Source: an uncultured Candidatus Saccharibacteria bacterium (GTDB taxonomy: Bacteria > Patescibacteriota > Minisyncoccia > Phycocordibacterales > JACNGX01). Taken from it: a DNA stretch of 64,000 nt. A program made the position numbers and the translations under genes. A model generated the notes under the pieces. It was not told the origin of the DNA. It made no database searches and saw only the letters and a list, made by a program, of their open reading frames with translations. Positions 1 to 9,257 of the stretch are shown one piece after another. Position 1 is the first letter of the stretch. Each line of letters opens with the position of its first letter. The stretch covers positions 23,306-87,305 of the forward strand of contig CAZULS010000002.1 of NCBI GenBank assembly GCA_964621395.1, in the 5' to 3' direction.

Positions 1-342
1 GTGTTGTATACCGGACCAAACAGCCAGCTTGTGGTGATGAGCATACCTGCGGGGAGCGATATCGGTGAGGAGGTGCATGAGCTTGATCAGTTTATTCGTC
101 TTGAAGAAGGGAAGGGTCAGGCGATTCTGAACGACGAAGTTCATGACATTGAAGATGATTGGGCGGTAGTGATTCCTGCCGGCATGAAGCACAATATTGT
201 GAATACCGGTGAGGAAGCGATGAAGCTCTACAGCGTGTATTCTCCGGCTGAGCATCGCGATGGTGTGGTGCATGCCACGAAAGAAGAAGCGGAAGCCGAT
301 GACGAACATTTCGACGGAACGATTACAGAGCAAGAAACCTAA
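1..342 (+). CDS. Cupin-domain protein, 5'-truncated by the window edge
   Basis: ORF runs from the window start (gtg) to TAA at 340-342. It is a small beta-barrel-like protein with an acidic C-terminus. The cupin assignment is from general sequence character only. Confidence 0.4.
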   Translation: MLYTGPNSQLVVMSIPAGSDIGEEVHELDQFIRLEEGKGQAILNDEVHDIEDDWAVVIPAGMKHNIVNTGEEAMKLYSVYSPAEHRDGVVHATKEEAEADDEHFDGTITEQET

Positions 343-410
343 AAAGGAATACGAAAAACGCCTGAAGCATGACAGGTCATGCTCGGCCAAGGGGAAAATG
401 AAATATGTAT

Positions 411-440
411 AAAGCGGCGCGGTCATGAATGACCGCGCCG
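411..440 (+). terminator. Rho-independent terminator hairpin (gcggcgcggtcatgaatgaccgcgccgc followed by ttt)
   Basis: A perfect GC-rich inverted repeat lies directly downstream of the cupin ORF. A near-identical hairpin recurs at ~39945. Confidence 0.6.
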
Positions 441-541
441 CTTTGCGCTTGCTTTTTTGTCTTTAGGAATGTATGGTGAGAGGAGGAATACACATAATGT
501 ACCTTATTATCTTTTGAACAAATCCAGATATGGAGGTGTCT

Positions 542-721
542 ATGGTAATGAATGGTCCGTTTTGGGGACAAGGGGATATCTTTCTGATAGTGATGTTGTT
601 CGGAGCGTTTCTCTTGTGGGGCGGTGTTCTTTTTGTACGCGAACTTCTGAGAGGATGGAATTGGGACAGAGCGACGCATCTTCTTGCAGAACTGTTCGCT
701 ATTGGTCCAAGGAGGAGGTAA
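542..721 (+). CDS. Small hydrophobic (membrane) protein, hypothetical
   Basis: An ATG is preceded by a ggagg RBS. The 59-aa product has two hydrophobic helices. The annotated upstream start at 530 lacks an RBS. Confidence 0.25.
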   Translation: MVMNGPFWGQGDIFLIVMLFGAFLLWGGVLFVRELLRGWNWDRATHLLAELFAIGPRRR

Positions 722-723
722 GT

Positions 724-1122
724 ATGGTGAACAAAAAGAAATCAACGGCATGGGGAGATTTATGGGATGTATTTTTCTCTTATAAACAGCTCCCTGATTC
801 GGTGAAAGAGGCAAAAAAACGGATTGGCGTCTTGCCACGATGGTCACGGTCAGAGAGACAATCCTTGATTATTTCAGTCCTCTTTTTACTGTTACTTCTC
901 GGAATGCCAAGAGATGGCAGGTCGAGGAATGGAAAAAAAGAGGAGATTTGTGAAGAGCCCGAGCAGGGCTCTTTTTTTGTGATCCTTAATTCTTCATTCT
1001 TATTTCATAATTCTGAAGCACGCGGCGGAGCTTTGCTCCGCCGCGTGCTTCCTGCTATACTTACACCATGGATATTGAGAAGCTTAATAAAAATCAGATC
1101 GTACTCCTTGTTCTTCTTGTGA
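724..1122 (+). CDS. Hypothetical small protein (doubtful)
   Basis: ATG at 724 sits 6 nt after a strong aggagg RBS. The product has a Leu-rich hydrophobic segment. It overlaps the next gene by ~55 nt and contains an internal GC hairpin (1018-1050), so it may not be real. Confidence 0.15.
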   Translation: MVNKKKSTAWGDLWDVFFSYKQLPDSVKEAKKRIGVLPRWSRSERQSLIISVLFLLLLLGMPRDGRSRNGKKEEICEEPEQGSFFVILNSSFLFHNSEARGGALLRRVLPAILTPWILRSLIKIRSYSLFFL

Positions 1123-1943
1123 GTTTCGTAACCTCGATTGCAACAGGTATCGTGACGGTAACGCTTATGGACCAGGCCCCGCCGGGGATTACACAGACGA
1201 TCAACCGCGTAGTTGAGCGCACGGTGGAGACGGTGGAAAAGGTGGTTGTTGATGACACAGGAAAGACGGTTATTGAAGAAGTAGTCATTTCAGAAGAGAA
1301 TGCCATTGCCGATGCCGTGGCTCTCGCCTCGCCATCGCTTGCACGATTGTATGTGGATGGCGCTGAGGGTGTGGAGATATTTTCCGCACTTGCATTTCCC
1401 GTCCCTGAATATGGTGTACTCGTGACGGATGCAGGGTCTGTATTGGTTGATGGTGTGTATAGTGCCCGCGATGAAGCGGGAAATACATTTGAAGCACGGG
1501 TCATTGCTGAAGATATAACAAGTGGCGTTGCTGTACTTGAAATCATAAGCGAAGGAGCAACGCTTCCGATTATTCCCTTTGGGAATGAAGGAAACTTCCG
1601 TCTCGGGCAACGTATTATCGCTCTTGGTGGCAGTGAGAGCAATGAGATTGCATCGGGTATGATTGTGAGTGATCCAACGGTATCCCCCTTTGCCACGGAT
1701 ATCTCTCGAGGGAGCAGATTTGCCGGGGGCATGGCTCTCACAATCGGAGGAAATATTGCCGGCATGATTCGATCACAAGAGGGAAATGTCGTTATTATTG
1801 CGCCTTCATCCATTCTCTTGGCCGTGCGCACCATTCTTGGCGTGGAAACGAATGACACGGGAGCAGGAGAAGACTCCATAGTGTCGCCTGAGACACAAAC
1901 AGCCGCAGTTTCAGAAGCATTCTCCGAAGAAGAGGAGAATTGA
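1068..1943 (+). CDS. Membrane-anchored trypsin-like (S1/HtrA-fold) domain protein, catalytic triad apparently degenerate
   Basis: N-terminal TM helix (IVLLVLLVSFVTSIATGIV) followed by a region with HtrA-like layout. GVLVTDAGSV, DITSGVAVLEI and ALGGSESN sit where the His, Asp and GNSGGPL motifs would be, and the catalytic His and Ser are not evident. Confidence 0.4.
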   Translation: MDIEKLNKNQIVLLVLLVSFVTSIATGIVTVTLMDQAPPGITQTINRVVERTVETVEKVVVDDTGKTVIEEVVISEENAIADAVALASPSLARLYVDGAEGVEIFSALAFPVPEYGVLVTDAGSVLVDGVYSARDEAGNTFEARVIAEDITSGVAVLEIISEGATLPIIPFGNEGNFRLGQRIIALGGSESNEIASGMIVSDPTVSPFATDISRGSRFAGGMALTIGGNIAGMIRSQEGNVVIIAPSSILLAVRTILGVETNDTGAGEDSIVSPETQTAAVSEAFSEEEEN

Positions 1944-1968
1944 CTTCCACAACAGAATATTGTACAAT
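1940..1968 (+). promoter_or_regulatory. Sigma70-type promoter for clpB: TTGACT-17 nt-TACAAT
   Basis: TTGACT at 1940-1945, a 17-nt spacer, and TACAAT at 1963-1968, about 55 nt upstream of the clpB start. Confidence 0.55.
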
Positions 1969-2024
1969 ACTCATACGAATGATTCGTAACATGTATATTC
2001 GTATCTATTTGTAATTCGATTTAT

Positions 2025-4733
2025 ATGATGCCTCCAATGAACAATTTTACGACGAAGGCGAAAGAAGCGATTCGTCGTGCCCATGAGCTTGCCATTGAGC
2101 GCGGACAAAATCATGTCTCGCCGCTCCATCTCATGACCGCGCTCCTCCTTGAAGAAGAGGGCGTGATTATTGCCGCTCTTGAGCGTATGGAAGTGGATAT
2201 TATTCTGCTTTCCGATACCTTGCTTGATGTGATTGAATCGGAGGGTAATGCAAGTGTGTTGTCGCCGTCGTATCAGATATATCTCACTCCCGAGCTTGCG
2301 CAGGTACTTGAAGCGTCGGTGCGGTTTGCGCAGCACATGAAAGATGAATTTGTTTCCACCGAACACCTTTTCTTGGCAATGCTTGATGTGGCAAATCCTG
2401 CTCGTGAGGTGATTGCCCGATTTCGTATTGATAAAGATGAAATGTTGCGCGTGATTGAAGAATTGCGCGATCAGCATATCACCGATGCAACACCGCCGAA
2501 AAAAGCGCGTGCGCTTATGAAGTATGCGCGCAATCTCACGGCACTTGCCGCCGAAGACAAACTCGATCCGGTGATTGGCCGCGATAATGAAATCAGGCGT
2601 ATCATGGAAATTCTCTCGCGCCGCACAAAAAACAATCCGATTTTGATTGGTGAGCCGGGCGTGGGAAAAACTGCCATTGCTGAAGGGCTCGCCGTGCGTA
2701 TTGCCAAGGGCGACGCGCCGGATTCTCTGAAGGATAAAGAAATCGTTGGGCTTGATCTTGGTCTTCTCATTGCCGGAACAAAATTCCGCGGTGAATTCGA
2801 GGAGCGATTTAAAACAGTGATGAAAGAGGTGGAGCGTTCTGAAGGAAAGATTATTCTCTTTATCGACGAGCTTCATACGATTGTGGGCGCCGGTGCGGCC
2901 GAAGGATCGATTGATGCATCGAATATGCTCAAGCCCGCGCTTGCGCGCGGCGAATTGCGCGTTGTCGGTGCCACCACCTTGAAGGAATACCAAAAATACG
3001 TGGAGAAAGACGCGGCGCTCGCGCGCCGCTTCCAGCCCGTGTATATCGATGAGCCGTCTCTTGCTGATGCTGTCGCTATCATGCGCGGACTGAAAGAAAA
3101 GTATGAGCTGTATCACGGCGTGCGTATTACCGATGACGCGATTGTCTCAGCTGTGGAGCTTTCCTCGCGCTATATCACCGGACGTTTTTTGCCGGATAAG
3201 GCGGTAGACCTCGTGGATGAGGCGGCTTCGTCGCTGCGTATTTCGCTTGAAAGTATGCCGCCAGAGCTTGAAGAGACACATCGCGCGGTGATGCGCCTTG
3301 AGGTGGAGAAGGAGGCGCTTCGAAAAGACACCGGCACGGGGATTGACCCGGCGATTGCCAAGAAAGCAAAGGCGCGTTTGCGTGCAATTGAAAAGGAGAT
3401 TGCCGACTTGAAAGAAAAAACGCGTGAAGTGGAGCTGAAATGGAAGAATGAAAAAGAGCTTTTGAACGATATCCGCACGCTGAAGAAAAATCTTGAGAGT
3501 TTGCGCCTTGACGCTGAGAAAGCAGAGCTGCGTTCTGATTTGGGAACCGCTGCTGAAATCCTCTACGGCAAAATTCCGGTTATTGAGAGTGAACTTACTA
3601 CCAAAACAAAGCGCTTGAAGGGTTTGCAGAAGCGTCGCCGTATTCTCAAAGAAGAAATTACCGAAGAGGAAATTGCCGCCGTGGTTGCGCGCTGGACGGG
3701 CGTACCCGTCTCACGCATGCTTGAGGAGGAAACGAAGAAGCTTGCGCGTATGGAAGAGGAATTACAGAAGCGCGTGATTGGTCAGAATGAAGCGGTAAAG
3801 AAGGTGGCTGATGCCGTGAAGCGCTCACGCGTGGGAGTCGGAGACCCAAATCGCCCCATCGGCTCATTTATGTTTCTTGGTCCGACCGGTGTCGGGAAAA
3901 CCGAGCTTACGAAAGCACTCGCATCGTTTATGTTTGATGATGAAAGAGCGCTGGTACGCGTGGATATGTCGGAATACATGGAACGTCATTCCACGGCGAA
4001 ACTCCTGGGCGCGCCTCCTGGGTACGTTGGCTACGATGAAGCGGGACAATTGACGGAAGCGGTGCGCCACCGTCCGTATTCGGTGGTGCTCTTTGATGAA
4101 ATTGAGAAGGCGCATCCGGAAGTGTTTAACGTGCTTCTTCAGGTATTGGATGAAGGACAGCTCACCGATTCCAAAGGACGCACCATCAACTTCAAGAATA
4201 CGATTGTGATTCTCACTTCCAACATCGGCTCCGAGCACATCGATCGTATGCAAACCATCGGATTTTCCAATGGCGATGAGAAGGAGGATTATGATGACGC
4301 GAAAGATAAGGTGATGAACAGTTTGCGTGATCATTTCCGTCCGGAATTCTTGAATCGCCTTGACGATATTGTGCTCTTCAATATCCTTTCGGAAGAGACT
4401 GTGCGTGATATTGTGGATGTGCAAATCGCTATCGCAGAGAAACGTCTTGCCGAAAAAGACATTGTGCTTTCGGTGACACCTGCGGCGCGTACGCTTATGG
4501 GGAAGAAAGGATACAATCCGCAATACGGTGCGCGTCCGCTCAGGCGCTTGGTGCAGACGGATATTCTGACACCGGTGGCAAGTGCTATGATCGACGAAGG
4601 CATTATGAATGGCGGAAAAGTGACCGTGGACGTGAAAGGCGATGAGCTTGTGGTGAATGCCGAGGCGAAGAGAAAGAAGTCTCGAAAAACGACGAAGAAG
4701 CCGGCAGCGAAAAAAACGGCGAAGGTGGGGTAG
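2025..4733 (+). CDS. clpB: ATP-dependent chaperone ClpB (two AAA+ modules with coiled-coil middle domain)
   Basis: N-terminal Clp repeats, Walker A GEPGVGKT and a second GPTGVGKT, a long coiled-coil M domain, a sensor region, and a Lys-rich tail. Start could be 2025, 2028 or 2037. Confidence 0.93.
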   Translation: MMPPMNNFTTKAKEAIRRAHELAIERGQNHVSPLHLMTALLLEEEGVIIAALERMEVDIILLSDTLLDVIESEGNASVLSPSYQIYLTPELAQVLEASVRFAQHMKDEFVSTEHLFLAMLDVANPAREVIARFRIDKDEMLRVIEELRDQHITDATPPKKARALMKYARNLTALAAEDKLDPVIGRDNEIRRIMEILSRRTKNNPILIGEPGVGKTAIAEGLAVRIAKGDAPDSLKDKEIVGLDLGLLIAGTKFRGEFEERFKTVMKEVERSEGKIILFIDELHTIVGAGAAEGSIDASNMLKPALARGELRVVGATTLKEYQKYVEKDAALARRFQPVYIDEPSLADAVAIMRGLKEKYELYHGVRITDDAIVSAVELSSRYITGRFLPDKAVDLVDEAASSLRISLESMPPELEETHRAVMRLEVEKEALRKDTGTGIDPAIAKKAKARLRAIEKEIADLKEKTREVELKWKNEKELLNDIRTLKKNLESLRLDAEKAELRSDLGTAAEILYGKIPVIESELTTKTKRLKGLQKRRRILKEEITEEEIAAVVARWTGVPVSRMLEEETKKLARMEEELQKRVIGQNEAVKKVADAVKRSRVGVGDPNRPIGSFMFLGPTGVGKTELTKALASFMFDDERALVRVDMSEYMERHSTAKLLGAPPGYVGYDEAGQLTEAVRHRPYSVVLFDEIEKAHPEVFNVLLQVLDEGQLTDSKGRTINFKNTIVILTSNIGSEHIDRMQTIGFSNGDEKEDYDDAKDKVMNSLRDHFRPEFLNRLDDIVLFNILSEETVRDIVDVQIAIAEKRLAEKDIVLSVTPAARTLMGKKGYNPQYGARPLRRLVQTDILTPVASAMIDEGIMNGGKVTVDVKGDELVVNAEAKRKKSRKTTKKPAAKKTAKVG

Positions 4734-4858
4734 GGGAAACGGTAGATGAGCTTAAAAAGGAGAATAGGAGATTACAAATTAAGGATTAAAAAAGGACACC
4801 CGCGCCGCGGGCGTTTGGGTTGCGACATGCAAAAAACATGTTACAATACCTCCCACTT

Positions 4859-4942
4859 GCGTCGGTGGCGGAGTGGTCAATCGCAGCAGACTGTAAATCT
4901 GCCGGCTTTATGCCTACGTTGGTTCAAATCCAACCCGGCGCA
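4859..4942 (+). tRNA. tRNA-Tyr (anticodon GTA), type II with long variable arm; CCA not encoded
   Basis: Acceptor GCGTCGG/CCGGCGC with one G-U pair. Anticodon stem-loop GCAGA-CTGTAAA-TCTGC. Variable arm CGGCTTTATGCC. T arm GTTGG-TTCAAAT-CCAAC. Discriminator A. Confidence 0.75.
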
Positions 4943-4985
4943 CAAATAAAAGAGCCCTTTATGGGCTCTTTTATTTGTGCGCCGG
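4936..4985 (+). terminator. Long perfect palindrome/terminator overlapping the tRNA-Tyr 3' acceptor strand
   Basis: ccggcgcacaaataaaagagccc-ttta-gggctcttttatttgtgcgccgg forms a ~23-bp stem. Confidence 0.6.
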
Positions 4986-5031
4986 GAGCAAGCCAACTGC
5001 TTGGCTTGCGTTCGGATTTAAATATGAATTA

Positions 5032-5457
5032 TCATTCGGGACGTATCAGCTTGAAAGCGGGACTATAATCTTCAGAGAGATAGCGCGGACCTTTCCCGAG
5101 CTCCTTTTTCACAAGTTTTGCCTTTTCGAATTCATATCCTTTTTCTTCCATTTTTTGATAGATTTTAATGACCTCAGGAGATACGCCGTAATCACTCTCG
5201 AAATTAAGATTATTATTGATACAATATTGAAGGACTTTTTCATACAACAGCGTTCCGTATCCTTTCCCGGACTCTTGCACACTTACATTAGAAATTTTGA
5301 GAGTGTCACCGTGTTTTTCAAGTACCATACCACCTATATTTTCTGGCAAGGTAACGAATACAGTGTCCCCTGTATCTTCTATCTGTATATCATCTAATGA
5401 TACGTATTCTGACCGAGATGGTGAATTTTCAGAAATGTTCTTCATACTACATATCAT
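5032..5457 (-). CDS. GNAT-family N-acetyltransferase
   Basis: Q-x-x-G-x-G acetyl-CoA motif (VQESGKGYGTLL) in a 141-aa protein of typical GNAT size. Confidence 0.6.
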   Translation of the reverse strand: MICSMKNISENSPSRSEYVSLDDIQIEDTGDTVFVTLPENIGGMVLEKHGDTLKISNVSVQESGKGYGTLLYEKVLQYCINNNLNFESDYGVSPEVIKIYQKMEEKGYEFEKAKLVKKELGKGPRYLSEDYSPAFKLIRPE

Positions 5458-5536
5458 AACAGGAATAGTCGCCTTTTATAACCCTCTGGGTTTTTTCTTT
5501 TGAAACACCATAAAAATGCGGTATCATTAAAGCATA

Positions 5537-6316
5537 ATGAAAAAAGCACATGCAGTGGCTCTGTTTACCTATCTCCGCAAAACGGCGGCGTTTGTTTTTT
5601 TGATTGCACTGTTGGCTATTACCGCGGACGTGCTAAGGTTTGTGACAATGATTGCTGCGTCACCGACAATTGGCCCGGCGGGTACTTCACTCGATCGTCC
5701 GTATGAGCAGGACATTCCCGGGGCGGACATGCGTATTCTCATTGCAGGTGACAGCACTGCCGTGGGTGTGGGTGCTTACACGCCAAGAGAAACTATTGCC
5801 GGAAGGTTGGCGGAGGATGTTCCGGACGCTGCTGTTGAGAACAGTGCGGTATCGGGAGCAAAGATTATTGATGTGATAGAGCAGTTTGATACTATTGAAG
5901 GGAGATACACCATGATTCTCGTCCAAGTTGGGGCTAATGATATTATTTACTTTTCAGACGAGTCGGAAATACAAGCCCAAGTAGGGGATATGATGAGTGA
6001 GGCGTATAAACACTCAAGTACGATTGTTGTGTTGGCGCCATTTGATGTGAGTATTGTCCCGCTTTTGCCACGTGTGTTGAGCCCTGTCTTTGCGACACGC
6101 TCCTCAGATATTTTGGGAGTCATGAAAGAAGTTGTGGAAGAGAAGGGAGGTATATTTATCGACTTGTATAAAAGCGAGGAAGAAAAGCAATTTGCGGAAC
6201 ATACCGATACATTTTTCTCGGCAGATTCTTTCCATCCGAGCAGTGATGGGTACGCACTCGCATACGAACGTATCAAAAAAGAATTGTGTGAGCGTGAGAT
6301 ATTGTGTGTGGAATAA
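5537..6316 (+). CDS. SGNH/GDSL-family hydrolase with N-terminal TM/signal segment
   Basis: Block I ILIAGDSTAVG (GDS), block III GANDI, block V DSFHPS (DxxH). N-terminal hydrophobic helix. Confidence 0.75.
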   Translation: MKKAHAVALFTYLRKTAAFVFLIALLAITADVLRFVTMIAASPTIGPAGTSLDRPYEQDIPGADMRILIAGDSTAVGVGAYTPRETIAGRLAEDVPDAAVENSAVSGAKIIDVIEQFDTIEGRYTMILVQVGANDIIYFSDESEIQAQVGDMMSEAYKHSSTIVVLAPFDVSIVPLLPRVLSPVFATRSSDILGVMKEVVEEKGGIFIDLYKSEEEKQFAEHTDTFFSADSFHPSSDGYALAYERIKKELCEREILCVE

Positions 6317-6370
6317 TTGTGTTTGATATGGTATCGTATGGTGACCGTATTGTTTTGTGTTAGAACATAC

Positions 6371-6441
6371 GGGAGATTAGTTAAGTGGCATAACAGCGGT
6401 CTCCAAAACCGCGGTCGGGGGTTCGATTCCCTCATCTCCCG
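6371..6441 (+). tRNA. tRNA-Trp (anticodon CCA); CCA tail not encoded
   Basis: Acceptor GGGAGAT/ATCTCCC. Anticodon stem-loop GCGGT-CTCCAAA-ACCGC. T loop TTCGATT. Discriminator G. Confidence 0.8.
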
Positions 6442-6450
6442 CCCTGCACC

Positions 6451-6480
6451 AAACACCACTCCCGAAAGGGAGTGGTGTTT
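6451..6480. terminator. Bidirectional terminator hairpin (aaacaccactccc-gaaa-gggagtggtgttt)
   Basis: Perfect 13-bp stem between tRNA-Trp (+) and the 3' end of the pfkB-like gene (-). Confidence 0.6.
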
Positions 6481-6499
6481 GGATTTCGCTTAGTTTAAT

Positions 6500-7492
6500 C
6501 TATACGATCTTCTTCGGTTCGTAGTCTGTGGGGCGGTTTGCCAGGTATTCTTCTAGCTTTTCGCGGGTGAGAAGACCTTCTTGCGCGCCAATACCTTGGA
6601 CAACCGACATGGAATTGATTGGTCCCCACATAAGCGCTTCGGATACCGGCTTGCCCAACACAAGCGCTGAGGTGAAGGTGCTTGAGAATGAGTCGCCGGC
6701 ACCGGTGCGTTCATACGGCGGAGCAGGATCCGGATACGGTGGCATAAACCATACACCTCCTTCTTCCGCAGCGTAGGCGCCTTTCGGTCCGTCGGTAATC
6801 ACTGCAATATTGGGGCCGAGTGTACGCATCTTTTGAGCAAGCTCTTCGGGTGAGCTATCGTCATCGCCGAGAATGAGCCGTGCCTCTTCCACATTACAGA
6901 AAAATACTTCTGTCTGCGCGTATAAGTCTTTGAGTTTTTCATAACCGAGCTTGATCTGGAACGTCCCGGGCTGGAATGCCAATTTCACATTCGGATGCTC
7001 TTCACAGTATGTGGCGATGGCGTGGTGATAGTCCATGGAGTTTTCACCGACGGAAGAGAAGTAAATCCATTTTGGCTCGCCGAGATCAGGGAGCGTGTAG
7101 TCGTATTCCTCATGCTTGATGAGAATGGTGCGCTCTGCCTTGTGCCAAAGAACATAATGATAATTGCTTACTTTGCCGGGATGAACGGTGATGAAGTCGC
7201 CCTCGACACCGTTTCCCTTGAGTGTCTCTATATCCTCCTTTCCATGTGCATCGTCGCCGAGATCGGTGACGAGTGCCGAGCGAAGACCAAGACGTGCGGC
7301 AGATACCGCGGCATTAGCGCTGTTGCCCACAGCCGGAACGACCGTTGCCGACTCAAACGGAATTTTTGAGCCATTGGTAAGACAGATTTTTTCCTCCTTT
7401 TCTTCTTCGTCGAAAAAAACACTTGCGTGATTGATGCGAATAAAGACGTCGGTAACCGTGTCGCCGATAGCGATGAAATCAAATTGCTCCAT
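6500..7492 (-). CDS. PfkB-family carbohydrate/nucleoside kinase (ribokinase-like)
   Basis: N-terminal IGDTVTDVF and Gly-rich region, plus the C-terminal anion-hole motif ERTGAGDSFSS (the DTxGAGD signature). Confidence 0.8.
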   Translation of the reverse strand: MEQFDFIAIGDTVTDVFIRINHASVFFDEEEKEEKICLTNGSKIPFESATVVPAVGNSANAAVSAARLGLRSALVTDLGDDAHGKEDIETLKGNGVEGDFITVHPGKVSNYHYVLWHKAERTILIKHEEYDYTLPDLGEPKWIYFSSVGENSMDYHHAIATYCEEHPNVKLAFQPGTFQIKLGYEKLKDLYAQTEVFFCNVEEARLILGDDDSSPEELAQKMRTLGPNIAVITDGPKGAYAAEEGGVWFMPPYPDPAPPYERTGAGDSFSSTFTSALVLGKPVSEALMWGPINSMSVVQGIGAQEGLLTREKLEEYLANRPTDYEPKKIV

Positions 7493-7614
7493 AAGTATCG
7501 ATAAATATCAGTATAAACTGATGTGAATAATGCTTCTATGGTAGCATAAAGTTGTTATGTTGCGGATAGAGACAAAAGTTGAGGGATGTGGTTATTGGAA
7601 TATGGTGGGGGAAT

Positions 7615-7720
7615 AGGGAAGTTGTTAGTTGGTAGTTTTTAGTTTTTAGTGGGCGCGGCTACGCCGCGCCTTAAGGATAAGAAAAAGTGGCGGCACCGAA
7701 GGTGCCGCCACTTTTTCTTT
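7615..7720. repeat. Composite intergenic repeat module, copy 1
   Basis: gggaagttgttagttggtagtttttagtttttag, then the palindrome ggcgcggctacgccgcgcc, then the hairpin gtggcggcaccgaaggtgccgccac with a T-run. Related modules at 11032-11133, 23992-24050 and 56195-56250. Confidence 0.7.
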
Positions 7721-7755
7721 TCCTTGCTCTGAAACATTGTCTTAAGAGGTTGTGT

Positions 7756-7806
7756 AAAAACCAAGGTTGAGCTTTGGTATATATACCAAAGCTCAACCTT
7801 GGTTTT
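7756..7806. repeat. Family-B palindrome (aaaaaccaaggttgagctttggtatatataccaaagctcaaccttggtttt)
   Basis: Near-perfect ~50-bp palindrome. Paralogues at 9317-9366 and 24551-24592 carry compensatory arm changes. Confidence 0.7.
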
Positions 7807-7955
7807 CGTGATTCTGAATCACCAGAACATCACCCGGCTCTTTCCCAGAAAGGGCTGGGTGATGTTCGGCAAGAGTTTAGAATGACAGCAAGCAATGCAT
7901 AAATAAAAAAGACCTTGTGTTTTTGCGTGTACACAAGGTCTTCAAGTAATGGTAA

Positions 7956-8348
7956 TCAAAGAGGAGCCACAACACAGTCTCTGGCTATGTTTTCGGGGTA
8001 AAGGAAACTCACCCCATCTTCGCCGTCGAGGATAATCCAGATGACTTTCTCTCCTGAGTTGTCATATGGATTTTTTGGACCGATACCAATGACTGTGTAA
8101 TAACATTCATCATCGGCATCATATACCCTCATGTTGTGTTCCAGGGCGACTTCGTCGTAAGTCAGATATTCCCCGAGTCCTTCATTAGAAATTTCAAGTT
8201 CAATTCTTGTTCCGTCTGCGGCGCAGACGTAAATCCTTTTTGTTGATCCAGACAATGCAAGCACGCAATTGTCCCAAGCGACAGAAGTTTGGTCGAAGAT
8301 TTTTCCAATACTTGACCCTGTCTTACCTAAGAGATATTCCCAATTCAT
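7956..8348 (-). CDS. Hypothetical protein (130 aa)
   Basis: Clean ORF with mixed composition and no recognisable motif. Confidence 0.4.
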   Translation of the reverse strand: MNWEYLLGKTGSSIGKIFDQTSVAWDNCVLALSGSTKRIYVCAADGTRIELEISNEGLGEYLTYDEVALEHNMRVYDADDECYYTVIGIGPKNPYDNSGEKVIWIILDGEDGVSFLYPENIARDCVVAPL

Positions 8349-8533
8349 GTTGTCTCCTCGTTGTTTTTGTTGAGAGTAATGCCTGGCGATACTACGACTA
8401 AGCTATCACATATCGTAGTATCTGTCAACAATTGACCCCGACCCTAAAATGTGTACAATACGGAGCACTGATACATTGATTATCACCGATTTTTTGATTT
8501 TTCTTTTTTGTTTTTAATTTTTTATTTCTATTT

Positions 8534-9178
8534 ATGACACTCACCATTGAAGCAATTCATCGTCCTATGACACGCAAGGCAGAAGCACTTCGAGCAGAAG
8601 GGCGTGTACCGGCTGTTGTGTACGGTCCGACAACCGACAATATTCCGCTTTCCATCAATGCACGTGCGTTTAAGAAGGTATGGCATGAGGCGGGTGAGAC
8701 GACCGTGATTGGCGTATCTGTCGACGACAAGACAATCGACGTGCTTATTCAGGAGGTGGCGGTGCATCCGGTGTCCGGTGAGCCGATTCACGCTGATTTC
8801 TATGCTGTGGACAAGACAAAGAAGGTGGAAGTAAACATTCCGCTTTCATTCGACGGCGTGGCGCCTGCGGTGAAAGATTTGGGCGGTACGCTTGTGAAGG
8901 TACTTCATGAAATTACCGTGAGCGGTCTTCCCGACAATCTTCCGAGTGAGATTGTGGTGGATATCGCTTCTCTGAAAGAACTCGACAGCGTGATTGCCGT
9001 AAAAGACGTGTCACTTCCCGAAGGTGTGGAGGCGGCGATGCCTGAGGACGATGTGGTCGCATCCATATCTGTGCAGGAAGAAGAACCGGAAGAGACGACC
9101 GAAGCACCGGACCTTGAATCCATTGAAGTTGAGCAGAAGGGTAAGAAGGAGGAGGAAGGGGAAGAGAAGGAAGAATAA
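8534..9178 (+). CDS. rplY: 50S ribosomal protein L25 / general stress protein Ctc
   Basis: Typical L25 N-domain (AVVYGP, TVIGVSVDDKTIDVLIQEV, HADFY) plus the Ctc-type C-domain and an acidic tail. Confidence 0.85.
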   Translation: MTLTIEAIHRPMTRKAEALRAEGRVPAVVYGPTTDNIPLSINARAFKKVWHEAGETTVIGVSVDDKTIDVLIQEVAVHPVSGEPIHADFYAVDKTKKVEVNIPLSFDGVAPAVKDLGGTLVKVLHEITVSGLPDNLPSEIVVDIASLKELDSVIAVKDVSLPEGVEAAMPEDDVVASISVQEEEPEETTEAPDLESIEVEQKGKKEEEGEEKEE

Positions 9179-9257
9179 AGAATTACGAATTATGAATAGA
9201 AAAAGTGGCGGCACCTTCGGTGCCGCCACTTTTTTCCATACCCTATCCCATATTCCC

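Noticed and set aside
457-1122. 221-aa annotated ORF
   Set aside because: Low-complexity, Arg/Ser/Leu-rich translation that spans a GC hairpin and overlaps the next gene. Only the short RBS-preceded sub-ORFs (542-721 and 724-1122) are conceivable, and both at low confidence.
1970-2025. CIRCE/HAIR heat-shock operator upstream of clpB
   Set aside because: No TTAGCACTC-N9-GAGTGCTAA or similar inverted repeat. Only cgtaNNtcgta word repeats.
2471-4603. Multiple antisense ORFs inside clpB, and similarly inside dnaE, rnr, rpoB, rpoC and gyrB
   Set aside because: These are typical GC-driven shadow ORFs on the opposite strand of well-conserved genes. They have no RBS or motifs.
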